IMG/VR virus record: IMGVR_UViG_3300025018_000052
Coordinates: 1-40,444 of that record
DNA: 40,444 nucleotides
Source of the DNA: a virus
Strand: one strand, 5' to 3'
A program made the translations under genes and the position numbers. Of the stretch, positions 1 through 9,022 are shown in pieces. Position 1 is the first letter of the stretch, and each line of letters opens with the position of its first letter. The notes beneath the pieces are model-generated. The model made no database searches. It had not been told where the DNA came from and saw nothing but the letters and a program-made list of their open reading frames with translations.

Positions 1-127
1 ATGTTCCCACTTTAGATGCTCGGACCTGTTGTGAAAAATGTGTGCAAAGGGCTTCTAATCTTTTAATTCAAACAGATGGTCCCGAAAGGTAAAAAAAAAC
101 CGCAGGGGAAAATAGATAAAGTTAAAC
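1..127. repeat. Terminal direct repeat, copy 1 (identical to 40318-40444); marks circular closure or terminal redundancy
   Basis: Base-by-base comparison: atgttcccactttagatgctcgg...gataaagttaaac is present at both ends, including the same A9 run. Confidence 0.95.
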
Positions 128-576
128 TACTCAACGCTCTCCTTGATGGAAAAACTAAAGTTGCGGCCGCTAGAATAGCTGGTTCTAAGGCTAAAACAAA
201 ACAGTCTTTGTGTAAAATCACAGAAGACGCTAAAAAAGACCCACTGTTTGCAGAACTTCTTGAAAGGGGGATTCCGGATTCTCTTTTGGTTAAAAGAATA
301 AGAGACGGAGTTGACGCAAAAAGATCCATCTTAGTTGAAAATGTTACCATAAATGATAAGGGCCAAAGCATAAAAAAAACTAAAGTATTAAAGATCCCCG
401 ACTTGGGAATGAGACTTAATTACCTAGATCGAGTTATAGACTTAAAATCTTTAAAACCTCAAAAGAATGATACACCTGTAGGAGTCCCCGGAGCTGGAAT
501 CTTTATTAAAATAGATCAAATACTAAATGAGTATGGAACTTCAAAATCCGGAGGATCTCCAAACCCTTATAGGTGA
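76..576 (+). CDS. Putative terminase small subunit (N-terminal HTH-like, lysine-rich)
   Basis: 166-aa ORF directly upstream of and overlapping the large terminase. The N-terminus KVKLLNALLDGKTKVAAARIAGS looks like a helix-turn-helix. Size and position are typical of TerS. Confidence 0.55.
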   Translation: MVPKGKKKPQGKIDKVKLLNALLDGKTKVAAARIAGSKAKTKQSLCKITEDAKKDPLFAELLERGIPDSLLVKRIRDGVDAKRSILVENVTINDKGQSIKKTKVLKIPDLGMRLNYLDRVIDLKSLKPQKNDTPVGVPGAGIFIKIDQILNEYGTSKSGGSPNPYR

Positions 577-2257
577 TCTACGTAATTTTAGAAAGTATTC
601 CAGAGAAGAGCTTAAAATTAAAACAAAAACAGGGCAAGTAGTCCCTTTTATTTTTAATACAGAACAAGAAAAGGTTTTAAACATAATAGCTCAACTTAAA
701 GACGAGAATAAACCTATACGCCTTGCGATACTTAAAAGTAGGCAAGAAGGTATCTCAACTCTTTCAGAAGGATTAATTTTTCATGATTCAACTACAAGAA
801 CACACAGAAACTCTTTAATAATTTCCCATGATCCAGAAGGTTCTAAAAATCTTTTTGAAATGTCAAAATTCTTTTACGAAAAATTAAGACCGGAAATAAG
901 ACCAATGAAAAGGTATTCAAACCGCAAGGAGCTTGTTTTTGATAATCCGGACGAAAAAGCCCGTTTAGCGGGGGAAAGAGGAATCGAGTCTTCTATAGTT
1001 GTTTCAACAGCACAAAAGACGGAATTAAGAGGAAGTACTATTCACAACCTACACGGATCAGAAGTAGCCTTTTGGCCAAACGCCTCTAAACTAATGCTTG
1101 CGGTCCTTCAAATGATCCCAGATGATCCAGACACGATGGTGCTTCTTGAGTCAACAGCCAATGGTATTGGTGGATATTTCTATGATACTTGGGTTAAATC
1201 AATAAGTGGTCTTAATGATTTTATCCCAGTGTTTTTGCCTTGGTGGGCTTTTGGGGAATATGAGAGGGACCCCGCCCCAGACTTTGTAATGACGGAGGAA
1301 GAACGCTCTATTTGCAATACATACAAGCTCAACGAAAGGAAAATGGCATGGAGACGATGGGCTATTGCTAACAAGTGTGAGGGGGATGTAATTAAATTTA
1401 ATCAAGAATACCCTTCTTGTTGGGAAGAGGCCTTTGTTACTTCTGGAACTCCTAAATTTAATATGGCAAACTTAAGGCTTTATTATGCACACAGACGAGC
1501 TCCAGTTTTTATTGGAGAAATAGATGGAGAGGATTGGAGAAATCCATCTCTTACGGAAAGTGTAAATGGACGATTTAAGTTGTATAAAAAGCCAAACCCT
1601 TATCATTATTATGTAATTGGAGGGGATGTAGCCAAAGGAACTCCCACTTCAGACTTCTCTTGTTTACAGGTGTATGACGCTACAGATGGGGACCATGTGG
1701 CCACTTGGTATGGTAAAGTTGATCCTATCGGTTTTGCAAAAATTGGAGCTCTTGTCGGTTCTTATTTTTCTGGTGCTTTTGGATGGATTGGTGCTTTCCT
1801 TGGAATTGAGGTTAATAGAGATGGTATTTCAACAAACAGAGCTTTGTATTACGACTTGCATTATCCTAATATTTATTTTAGAAAGAACTTACAAAACGCT
1901 GGAGACAACAAAAGTGACGCACTCGGTTTTCACACTAATGAGACAACAAGGCCTATTATATTAAATCAGTTAGCCTCTTTCATTAATACAGGAGAGGGGG
2001 AATTAAACGACGATAGAACTCTTTTAGATTGTCAGACTTTTGTAATAAATGAACGTGGATTCCCCGAGGCTCAAGATGGTTGTCATGATGATTCGGTTAT
2101 TGCTCTTGGAATTGCTATCCACTTATCAAACTACATAGTTTTGCCTACAGCTAAAGAAAGTGTCGATGAGGTAAGGGCACGAGTAAGAAAAGAAAGAGGG
2201 CTTGAAGAATATCAAGCTTTCAAAAAACAAATAAACAAAAACGAGACAAATTGGTAA
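527..2257 (+). CDS. terL: Terminase large subunit
   Basis: 576 aa. Walker-A-like KSRQEGIST, a Walker-B-like region HNLHGSEVAFW, and a C-terminal RNaseH-like nuclease with GGDVAKGTPTSDFSCLQVYD and CHDDSVIALGIA. The exact start is uncertain (527 or 533). Confidence 0.85.
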   Translation: MSMELQNPEDLQTLIGDLRNFRKYSREELKIKTKTGQVVPFIFNTEQEKVLNIIAQLKDENKPIRLAILKSRQEGISTLSEGLIFHDSTTRTHRNSLIISHDPEGSKNLFEMSKFFYEKLRPEIRPMKRYSNRKELVFDNPDEKARLAGERGIESSIVVSTAQKTELRGSTIHNLHGSEVAFWPNASKLMLAVLQMIPDDPDTMVLLESTANGIGGYFYDTWVKSISGLNDFIPVFLPWWAFGEYERDPAPDFVMTEEERSICNTYKLNERKMAWRRWAIANKCEGDVIKFNQEYPSCWEEAFVTSGTPKFNMANLRLYYAHRRAPVFIGEIDGEDWRNPSLTESVNGRFKLYKKPNPYHYYVIGGDVAKGTPTSDFSCLQVYDATDGDHVATWYGKVDPIGFAKIGALVGSYFSGAFGWIGAFLGIEVNRDGISTNRALYYDLHYPNIYFRKNLQNAGDNKSDALGFHTNETTRPIILNQLASFINTGEGELNDDRTLLDCQTFVINERGFPEAQDGCHDDSVIALGIAIHLSNYIVLPTAKESVDEVRARVRKERGLEEYQAFKKQINKNETNW

Positions 2258-2318
2258 GTTTTTGATTTGACTTTAATTGTCTTCGTATTAAAATTAAGAC
2301 ATCTAAAACAAAAACGAA

Positions 2319-2705
2319 ATGGAGGCACAAATAACAATTCATAATGTTAAAACAGGAGACAGTGGTCCCAAAAGAGCGGTTTTGTCTATAAAGGCCTTTT
2401 TGTTAAATCAATATATAGAAACTCTAAGAACAGAGGCAAACAGCGTATTTGATAAGAACGCTTCCTCTCGTTTTGAGTCTTTTCCGTTGTTAAAGCTTGT
2501 AGATTCTTTTGATACTGGGGAGGAGTTTATTTATAAGACTGTAGAAGATCTTCCATCTGAAAGTGTTTTTAATTCTAAAAACGATCCTGTTTTATATATT
2601 TTGCCCAATGATTGTTCTGTTCACATGGGCCTCAATTTAATCGCTCCGGCTAAAAAAGTTACTCCGCATGCCGTAAAAGAAGAGGCACAAAATGAAAGGT
2701 CTTGA
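2319..2705 (+). CDS. Hypothetical protein between terminase and portal
   Basis: 128-aa ORF on the same strand as its neighbours, overlapping the next gene by 14 nt. No motif recognised. Confidence 0.5.
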   Translation: MEAQITIHNVKTGDSGPKRAVLSIKAFLLNQYIETLRTEANSVFDKNASSRFESFPLLKLVDSFDTGEEFIYKTVEDLPSESVFNSKNDPVLYILPNDCSVHMGLNLIAPAKKVTPHAVKEEAQNERS

Positions 2706-4692
2706 TTTTTACAATAAGAAGTGGGGAAAAGACTCGGATCAAAAGGTCCATAAAATCCTTTTGAGACTTTCTAAAATGAAAGAAAGAAGACATCACTTTG
2801 AAAAAATGTGGAGAAACTCTCTTTTGTCTTTCGTTGCTTTTGCTATATATGATAAAGACGCTGGCCCAGGAAAACTACAGTACGACATAGAAAAATCCCC
2901 AGAAATTCAATCTTATTACAACAATCTTATTGGTGGTGGATTTAAATATTCGGATGTTAGGTATCCTTTAGAGTTTTCTATTGTGATGAGAAAGATGGCA
3001 ACTGAAATTCCAAACTTCCCAGATTTAAGATGGATTGTTGAGGGGGAGAAAGATCAATCTCCAGCGGTCCTTTGGAAGCACGTCTACAACAGCATTACGT
3101 ATGATTCTGAATTAGATTATGAAACTTTTGAGCTATGGCTTGGAAAAAATGTTTTTGGAACTTCTATAAGTTGGTCACGTTTAGAAGAGAACACTTATGA
3201 AATTAAGGAGCCGTCAGTTGATGACAGTGGAAAAATATCTTGGAAAAACAAGAAGAAAACTGTTCATGAGTTCCAGTGTGATAGTGTGGACCTTAGAAAT
3301 GTGTTGATTGACGATAACTGTAAAAAGTCTTCACTTAAAGACGCTGATGACTGTGCAGTGTTTGAATACTTGTCGGAGGATAAGATTAGAAACCTTTACC
3401 CAGATATGCACTTTGGTGTGGACGTTCCAGAAGGAGTTGATCCTTCTAAGTGTTTTGCTCCAGTCTCAACTTCTCACACTTTTCAAGATCTTGATGAGTT
3501 GTACGGTGGGAATCAAAAACAGGTTTATGAACTCATTCATTATTACAATGTGAGAACAGATTCTTACGTGAGAATAATGAACGGCAAAGAGTTTTTACCG
3601 GAAACAGGAATAATTCAAAAAACTTACAATGGGAAAAAGATGTTACCAATAGCTTTTTTTGTGGATCACAAAATACCCGGAGTCCCTTATGGATATGGGG
3701 AGCCCGTGATAGCTAAGGCTTTTAGGGAAATAAAAAACAAAGTACGAAATGTTATTTTTGATGTTACAAAAAAAGTTGCAAAACCTACTATTGCGGTTGA
3801 TCCATTGTCTCCTTTTAAGGAAGAAAGCTATGTGTGGGGGCAGGATTTTATTAGAGTAGCCCCTCGGGACTTAATGCCTCTCAACATAACAGCCAATCTT
3901 GATCCGGCAATGAATTTAGATAAAACTACAGATAATGATGTAATTATTACTACAGGAATAAACATAACAGACACGGCAAATACTGGCTCAAATGAAACCG
4001 CTACAAAAACTGTTATCAGAAAAGAGTCTCAGGTTGCGGTTGTTGAGTTGGGAATGAGATTCAATACTTCCGTAGGATTAAGACGCTTTCATCTCATAAA
4101 CTCTTGCATTCTTTTGCTCTATATAAATACTCCAGTCTTCGATAGCGAGAATCAGAAACGGTCAATTGTTACTAAAAACGAAAAAATGTTTAGGTCAAAA
4201 GGTCCTAATAAATTTACTACAGAGCCTAAGAAAGGAGAGCATGTCTTCACTTTTAAAGGAGAGGATTTGAAATATACTTTCAAACCAATCCCCGAACTTG
4301 GAAATATCGCAGTAACTAAAACTCTCGAAAAAGGAATGTTCATGGAGGGATCTGAATTGTTATTCAGATATTCCCCAGAAGCATTAGACAAAGCTGGTCT
4401 AGCAGACTTCATTTGTCAACAATACAGCATTCCAGATACGGTTTTAGCACAAAAGAAAAAGACAATTTTAGATTCTGATCCGGACTTAATCGCACAGAAC
4501 GCAGGTGCGATATTACCGGAAGAGGTTAAACAAGCCAATATTAATAAAATAAATAATAATGCCCAGAGTTACGAACTTAGTCAAGCGATTAATTCGCCCG
4601 AAACTTTACTTGGAGGAGCAGGCCCAGAAGCAATGGGAGGAGCGTCAGGAGCACCTAGCAATGACACTTCTGGCTCTATACCAACAGTCTAA
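2692..4692 (+). CDS. Putative portal protein
   Basis: 666-aa ORF just downstream of terL and upstream of the scaffold and capsid genes, with a low-complexity Gly/Ala/Ser C-terminal tail. The call rests on synteny and size only. Confidence 0.55.
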   Translation: MKGLDFYNKKWGKDSDQKVHKILLRLSKMKERRHHFEKMWRNSLLSFVAFAIYDKDAGPGKLQYDIEKSPEIQSYYNNLIGGGFKYSDVRYPLEFSIVMRKMATEIPNFPDLRWIVEGEKDQSPAVLWKHVYNSITYDSELDYETFELWLGKNVFGTSISWSRLEENTYEIKEPSVDDSGKISWKNKKKTVHEFQCDSVDLRNVLIDDNCKKSSLKDADDCAVFEYLSEDKIRNLYPDMHFGVDVPEGVDPSKCFAPVSTSHTFQDLDELYGGNQKQVYELIHYYNVRTDSYVRIMNGKEFLPETGIIQKTYNGKKMLPIAFFVDHKIPGVPYGYGEPVIAKAFREIKNKVRNVIFDVTKKVAKPTIAVDPLSPFKEESYVWGQDFIRVAPRDLMPLNITANLDPAMNLDKTTDNDVIITTGINITDTANTGSNETATKTVIRKESQVAVVELGMRFNTSVGLRRFHLINSCILLLYINTPVFDSENQKRSIVTKNEKMFRSKGPNKFTTEPKKGEHVFTFKGEDLKYTFKPIPELGNIAVTKTLEKGMFMEGSELLFRYSPEALDKAGLADFICQQYSIPDTVLAQKKKTILDSDPDLIAQNAGAILPEEVKQANINKINNNAQSYELSQAINSPETLLGGAGPEAMGGASGAPSNDTSGSIPTV

Positions 4693-4978
4693 AGTTTTGC
4701 AAAGCAAATTATCTTTGTCAGATCAGAAAAACATTATAGGAATTGTCGCAGATCCACGATTTAAAAGCATAATAAAACTTTTCGAGAATGAGCAATCTTC
4801 TTTTTTATCACAATCGCTCTTCTCAAATAGGTCCCCGGAAGAAATGGCAGTAATGAAAGGAGCTTCATTGGCAATAACAGCCTTGTTGTCGTCGATTAAT
4901 ACAACAATAGTATCAAATTATCAAACACAAAAAGATAATGAATCAAAGGCTGAAACGTTAGAATCATTGGGTTGGTGA
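4661..4978 (+). CDS. Hypothetical small protein (start uncertain; the ORF is open from 4559)
   Basis: The ORF overlaps the 3' end of the portal gene in another frame. The first ATG near the portal stop is at 4661. No motif recognised. Confidence 0.3.
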   Translation: MTLLALYQQSKVLQSKLSLSDQKNIIGIVADPRFKSIIKLFENEQSSFLSQSLFSNRSPEEMAVMKGASLAITALLSSINTTIVSNYQTQKDNESKAETLESLGW

Positions 4979-5074
4979 TCATTTAAAACAAGGTGTGGGT
5001 TTTCCCTTTGAGCTTATTATACTCATAGGTAATAGGCTTAAAGGGGAAACTCTATTTAATAACATAAATTAAAC

Positions 5075-5914
5075 ATGGAAATCAATCAGGGCGTAAACCC
5101 AGCAGATAATGTTGGCAACGCTGAAAACTCACAAAATGTGTCAGACAAAGGAACTGAAAATCCCGTTAAACCTTCTGATGAGGCTGGAAAAAAAGAAAAT
5201 CCAAACCCTCAAGACGTGAAGCAAGCGGAAAAGAATCAGGATCCAAACAAGGAAAATCCTCAAGATCATGACTGGAAAAAAAGGTATGACAATACAGCAA
5301 GGGATTTTAAAAAAACGTCTGAAGAGTATCAAAGGACAATTGAAACTAATCAAAAGTTAGTAGAGAAAAATCCTCAAGTACTTGATTCTATCGCAGAGTT
5401 CAATACAGACTTAGCGGATCAAATTTCGCAGAAACTGTATGGCAAGAGCTATGATCAACACAGAGAGTTTAAAAGGATTGAGTCTCTCAAAGAGACGGAT
5501 CCGGAAAAGGCTACATTAGAAGAAACTCGTTTTGATTTGACTTTAAGAGAGCAAAAGCTCTCGGATCAAATAAAGAATTCATTCTATGAAAGCAAAAACA
5601 TTATCTTTAATAAGTTTGATCCTAACTTCCAAAAGGTTGAGGAACAACTAAAGGTAATTAATCCGGATTTTGTTAGAGACAATCTATCAACAGCACTCGG
5701 AATAGCTTATAATTTGGCTTTTCCTGGGGGAGTAAAAGCTAATTCGGTAGATGTTCAAGGAGACAACGCCATGCTTCAAAATGTTAGTAAATCGGGCGGT
5801 GGGGCTGGTTCTGGTGTGGGGGATGGAAACGTGGTCCCTCCGGCCAATAAAAAGAATCTTAGTGCTACACAAACAGCATTCTTGAGTAAATTCAAGAATC
5901 TCACCCAAAATTAA
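5075..5914 (+). CDS. Putative scaffolding protein
   Basis: 279 aa, rich in K/E/D/Q/N and predicted helical or coiled, with a low-complexity N-terminus. It lies between the portal and capsid genes. Confidence 0.5.
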   Translation: MEINQGVNPADNVGNAENSQNVSDKGTENPVKPSDEAGKKENPNPQDVKQAEKNQDPNKENPQDHDWKKRYDNTARDFKKTSEEYQRTIETNQKLVEKNPQVLDSIAEFNTDLADQISQKLYGKSYDQHREFKRIESLKETDPEKATLEETRFDLTLREQKLSDQIKNSFYESKNIIFNKFDPNFQKVEEQLKVINPDFVRDNLSTALGIAYNLAFPGGVKANSVDVQGDNAMLQNVSKSGGGAGSGVGDGNVVPPANKKNLSATQTAFLSKFKNLTQN

Positions 5915-5932
5915 TTCATAATTATACAAAAT

Positions 5933-6397
5933 ATGTATCAAATGCAAAAAAGACACGGGTCTAAAGAAACATCTGAACTAGACTCTCAAGTTGTAGCGAA
6001 CTCTACTATATTAAATATTGGTGATCCTATAACTTTTGACACTGATGGTTTTATTATCCTTGCAAGTGCAGGGCTTAGAATTGAAGGTGTTGCAAAACAC
6101 TATGTTTCAGTTGCTGCGGACAATGAAACAGTCGCAGAAATAAAAATTCAATATGAAGTTGCAGATTCTAAAGATCTGTATGAAATGGACGCTTCGGCCG
6201 CAGTTACAGCTACAAATAGAAGTATGTATGGAGATGTCACAGGTACTACTGGTGCAATTCAACTAGATCAAGCTTCGTTGGCAGACGACACTGGACAATT
6301 AAGACTTCACGAAATTGATCCATACGGAGACGGCTCAACGACAAGAGTTCTTGTTAATATTGCAGAGTTAGAAAGACTCTCACACACACAAAACTAG
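5933..6397 (+). CDS. Putative head decoration/cement-like protein
   Basis: 154 aa immediately upstream of the major capsid gene. The segment NIGDPITFDTDGFIILASAGLRIEGVAKH resembles the pattern of small DUF2190-type head proteins, as far as I recall it. Confidence 0.35.
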   Translation: MYQMQKRHGSKETSELDSQVVANSTILNIGDPITFDTDGFIILASAGLRIEGVAKHYVSVAADNETVAEIKIQYEVADSKDLYEMDASAAVTATNRSMYGDVTGTTGAIQLDQASLADDTGQLRLHEIDPYGDGSTTRVLVNIAELERLSHTQN

Positions 6398-6420
6398 TTT
6401 TTAAATTTTAACAAAAAACA

Positions 6421-7389
6421 ATGAATACAATAGAGAATCTATCAAATATAGTAGACCCTACTATTACAGAAATCTTAGATGAGACTTCTGAACAACTCTC
6501 CTCGGAGTTGGCATACAAACAATTTAGTTATGAGGATTATATGCCAAAAGTTAAAGCTCCTGTTTTCTCTTCAACTTCTGGACTTACGCTTGCTCAATAC
6601 ACAGTAGAAGGCAAACCATACAGTCAAGAAGATAGAATTGAAGGCTATGATGTTTCAGTTGCAGTTAAAAAATATACCAAAGCGGTATCTTGGACGGAAG
6701 AATTGGTCCACTGGATTGAACAAGAAGACAAAGAAAGAGTTATGGATTTCAAGGAAGACGTTGAGGCAGTTGCAAATTCTGTATATGGCAGAATTGATAC
6801 AGAGGCTTCAAAAATGTTTTACTTAGCTCATGGCACAACTTTTCAAACTGGTGGAGATGGGGTTGCTTTAGCGGCTTATAATCATCCATCAAAAGAGCCT
6901 GGTGTAAGTACTCAAAGAAATATCTTTTCGACTACAGACTCACACTTACCTCCTACATATTCATCAATAGTGAAAGCAAAACAAAAGCTTCAAAGATTCT
7001 ATGATCTTAAAGGTGTTGAACTTAAAAGACCATTGAAATTTGAACTATGGCATTCACTAGAAATGGAAGATCAAGTAAACAGAGCTCTTAATGCAGATAG
7101 ACTTCCTGGCACAGAACTTAATGATCCAAACACTCTTAAAGGAAAAATTGTTCCAAAGGTCATAACTTATCAACCTTTTGGATATTCTACTTATTGGGCA
7201 TTGATTGCTACAGAAAGAGTTAGTAAGTCTTGCAAAATGTTGTGGGGCTGGAGACCACGATACAATAAAGAATCTAACTACATGAATGGAGCATTCTTTA
7301 GAGAAGGTTCTGTTTATTTCGCCCCAATGTTTAGATCTTGGCAGTTTGGAGTGTTCTCAAAAGGAGATGGATCTGTCATCGCAAATTAA
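6421..7389 (+). CDS. Putative major capsid protein
   Basis: 322-aa ORF in the canonical position after the scaffold and decoration genes, with a size consistent with an HK97-fold capsid protein. No diagnostic motif can be read by eye. Confidence 0.6.
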   Translation: MNTIENLSNIVDPTITEILDETSEQLSSELAYKQFSYEDYMPKVKAPVFSSTSGLTLAQYTVEGKPYSQEDRIEGYDVSVAVKKYTKAVSWTEELVHWIEQEDKERVMDFKEDVEAVANSVYGRIDTEASKMFYLAHGTTFQTGGDGVALAAYNHPSKEPGVSTQRNIFSTTDSHLPPTYSSIVKAKQKLQRFYDLKGVELKRPLKFELWHSLEMEDQVNRALNADRLPGTELNDPNTLKGKIVPKVITYQPFGYSTYWALIATERVSKSCKMLWGWRPRYNKESNYMNGAFFREGSVYFAPMFRSWQFGVFSKGDGSVIAN

Positions 7390-7408
7390 TTTTTAACTTA
7401 AAAAAATA

Positions 7409-8356
7409 ATGAATAAAGAAAATTTTCAGTTAGGAATTGGTGCGAATGGCCGTCCGGGTAAAAGAATTTTAGTTAAAAGTTCTTCTGCTTCTGATTATGC
7501 AGAGCTTGTAAGCTTGTATAATATCAGTATGGATGAAGAAAAAGGTCTTCCACTTGTTTTTAGCTCAATTGATTCTGCGGTTGGTGCTTGTCGTGCAAAT
7601 CTTGGAGATACAATAGTGCTTGCACCTGGTCACGCAGAAACAATTTCAAATGCAACTTCAATTAATCTTGATGTCGCAGGTATTAAAATTGAGGGGTTGG
7701 GTCATGGAACAGCTAGACCAACAATCACTTTTGATACAGCCACTACTACAACTATTCCTGTTTCCGCTGGTAATATCGAAATAGAAAATGTTGTTTTCAG
7801 TGCAAATTTTGCAGACATAGTTTCAGTTTTTACTCTTGCAAACGCCCCTTACTTTACTCTTCGTAATTGTGAGGTTGTTGCAACAGCTTCAAATATGAAC
7901 TTCTTGTATGTAGTAGACACAAACACCACTACAAACAATGCAAAAGGCTTGAAAATTGAAAAATGTCGATGGGTCGAGCCAGATTTGGCTACTTTATCTA
8001 TGGTCAAACTTGACGGAGATAATTCAGACATAAGTCTCATCGATAACTATCTTTCTCTTGGTGTCAATAACAACAAAGCTTCTTTAATGGCTATCATCAC
8101 AAACAAGAGTGCTTTCAATGTTGATATTAGAGGAAATGGAGTCTACAGGCTTAACACAGACACAGCTACAGGTGCAATACTTGTTACAACTGATCAAGCA
8201 GATAATTCTGGTATCATCTCTAACAACTTTGCTCAACATGCTGATGTCGCCGCAGAGTTGCTTGTTACAGCAAGCTCGGGCTTCGGAGTATTTGAAAACT
8301 ATGCTTCGGGTGTCGCGGGTGCTTCCGGTTACATTTTACCGGGTGCTGATTCTTAA
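7409..8356 (+). CDS. Right-handed beta-helix repeat protein (structural; possible head fibre or depolymerase)
   Basis: 315 aa with GDTIVLAPGHAETI followed by periodic short beta-strand repeats rich in N/T/V/I/G (IKIEGLGHG, IEIENVVFSA, FTLRNCEVVA, LKIEKCRWV, ISLIDNYLS, VDIRGNGVY), typical of a pectate-lyase-like fold. Confidence 0.5.
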   Translation: MNKENFQLGIGANGRPGKRILVKSSSASDYAELVSLYNISMDEEKGLPLVFSSIDSAVGACRANLGDTIVLAPGHAETISNATSINLDVAGIKIEGLGHGTARPTITFDTATTTTIPVSAGNIEIENVVFSANFADIVSVFTLANAPYFTLRNCEVVATASNMNFLYVVDTNTTTNNAKGLKIEKCRWVEPDLATLSMVKLDGDNSDISLIDNYLSLGVNNNKASLMAIITNKSAFNVDIRGNGVYRLNTDTATGAILVTTDQADNSGIISNNFAQHADVAAELLVTASSGFGVFENYASGVAGASGYILPGADS

Positions 8357-8369
8357 AATAGGTTTTTGT

Positions 8370-8391
8370 GAGGGGGAATTAATTCCCTCTC
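8370..8391 (+). terminator. Palindromic GC-containing hairpin after the beta-helix gene (candidate terminator or RNA-processing site)
   Basis: gagggggaatt/aattccctctc is self-complementary with one G-U pair, 14 nt after the stop at 8356. There is no strong U-tract downstream. Confidence 0.3.
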
Positions 8392-8415
8392 CAAAAGTAT
8401 ATTTAATAAATAAAC

Positions 8416-8991
8416 ATGGAAAACAAGACAGTGGTAGATTCGTTGCTGGATGAACTTGTTCAAATAAGTGTATCTCATCGTACTTTTGTCGAAAAAGTTA
8501 AAAGTACTCAAATTGGGAAAATTGACTTACTAAAGTCTTTTGATTCTCAAAGCCCAGAAGAATCCAATGTAATACAAAAAATACTAGACATTCTTGAGCC
8601 TATTAAAACAACTAACACTCATCTAAGATCTGTTCAAGCTGAAATAGCTTCCTTGTCGAGAGACGGGAAGGAAATAGACAGTCCAGAAAAAGAAATGGAA
8701 TGGCAAGCAAAGATTGATGAGGCTAGAAAACTTGATGAAGATGAGGCTAGAAAAATAAGAAGTGAAAGGTCAATTGATTTGCCAGGTGTTGTTAATTTAG
8801 ACAACAAAGGACCTTCAAAAGAATCTGAACTAAATCCAGCTATGCCTGTTTCTAAATTGGTAGGCATAGGGGAAAAATCCTCTAGCAAACTAATTCAAGC
8901 TGGTGTTCTTACTGTAGGTGCTTTCAATGCTTTATCTTTTGAGCAAAAGGTTCAAATTGTCGGTCCAGTTGTCGCAGAAAAATTCAAATAA
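8416..8991 (+). CDS. Hypothetical protein with a C-terminal helix-hairpin-helix-like motif
   Basis: 191 aa with a charged central coil. The C-terminus VSKLVGIGEKSSSKLIQAGVLTVGAFNAL matches the hhGIG HhH pattern. Confidence 0.45.
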   Translation: MENKTVVDSLLDELVQISVSHRTFVEKVKSTQIGKIDLLKSFDSQSPEESNVIQKILDILEPIKTTNTHLRSVQAEIASLSRDGKEIDSPEKEMEWQAKIDEARKLDEDEARKIRSERSIDLPGVVNLDNKGPSKESELNPAMPVSKLVGIGEKSSSKLIQAGVLTVGAFNALSFEQKVQIVGPVVAEKFK

Positions 8992-9022
8992 AAACTTAAT
9001 AATATAACTTAACTCTAAAAAA

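Noticed and set aside
91-99. The A9 homopolymer at the start of the TerS-like gene as a programmed slippage or phase-variation site.
   Set aside because: It simply encodes Lys-Lys-Lys in an intact frame. No alternative downstream frame of useful length opens from a +1 or -1 shift. Homopolymers of this kind are common in this AT-rich genome.
63-371. The many 60-140-aa antisense or out-of-frame ORFs in the track. Examples: 63-371(-), 1180-1405(-), 8109-8453(+), 16983-17312(-), 18144-18440(-), 35021-35389(+), 37265-37935(+), 38269-38544(-).
   Set aside because: Each is fully nested in or antisense to a longer ORF with recognisable motifs or coherent synteny. Their translations are low-complexity. 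They are treated as shadow ORFs.
4979-5074. A possible tRNA or small RNA in the 96-nt gap before the scaffold gene.
   Set aside because: There is no T-loop (GTTCRANYC) or acceptor/anticodon-stem arrangement. There is only an imperfect long-range inverted repeat with two mismatches and a 33-nt loop.
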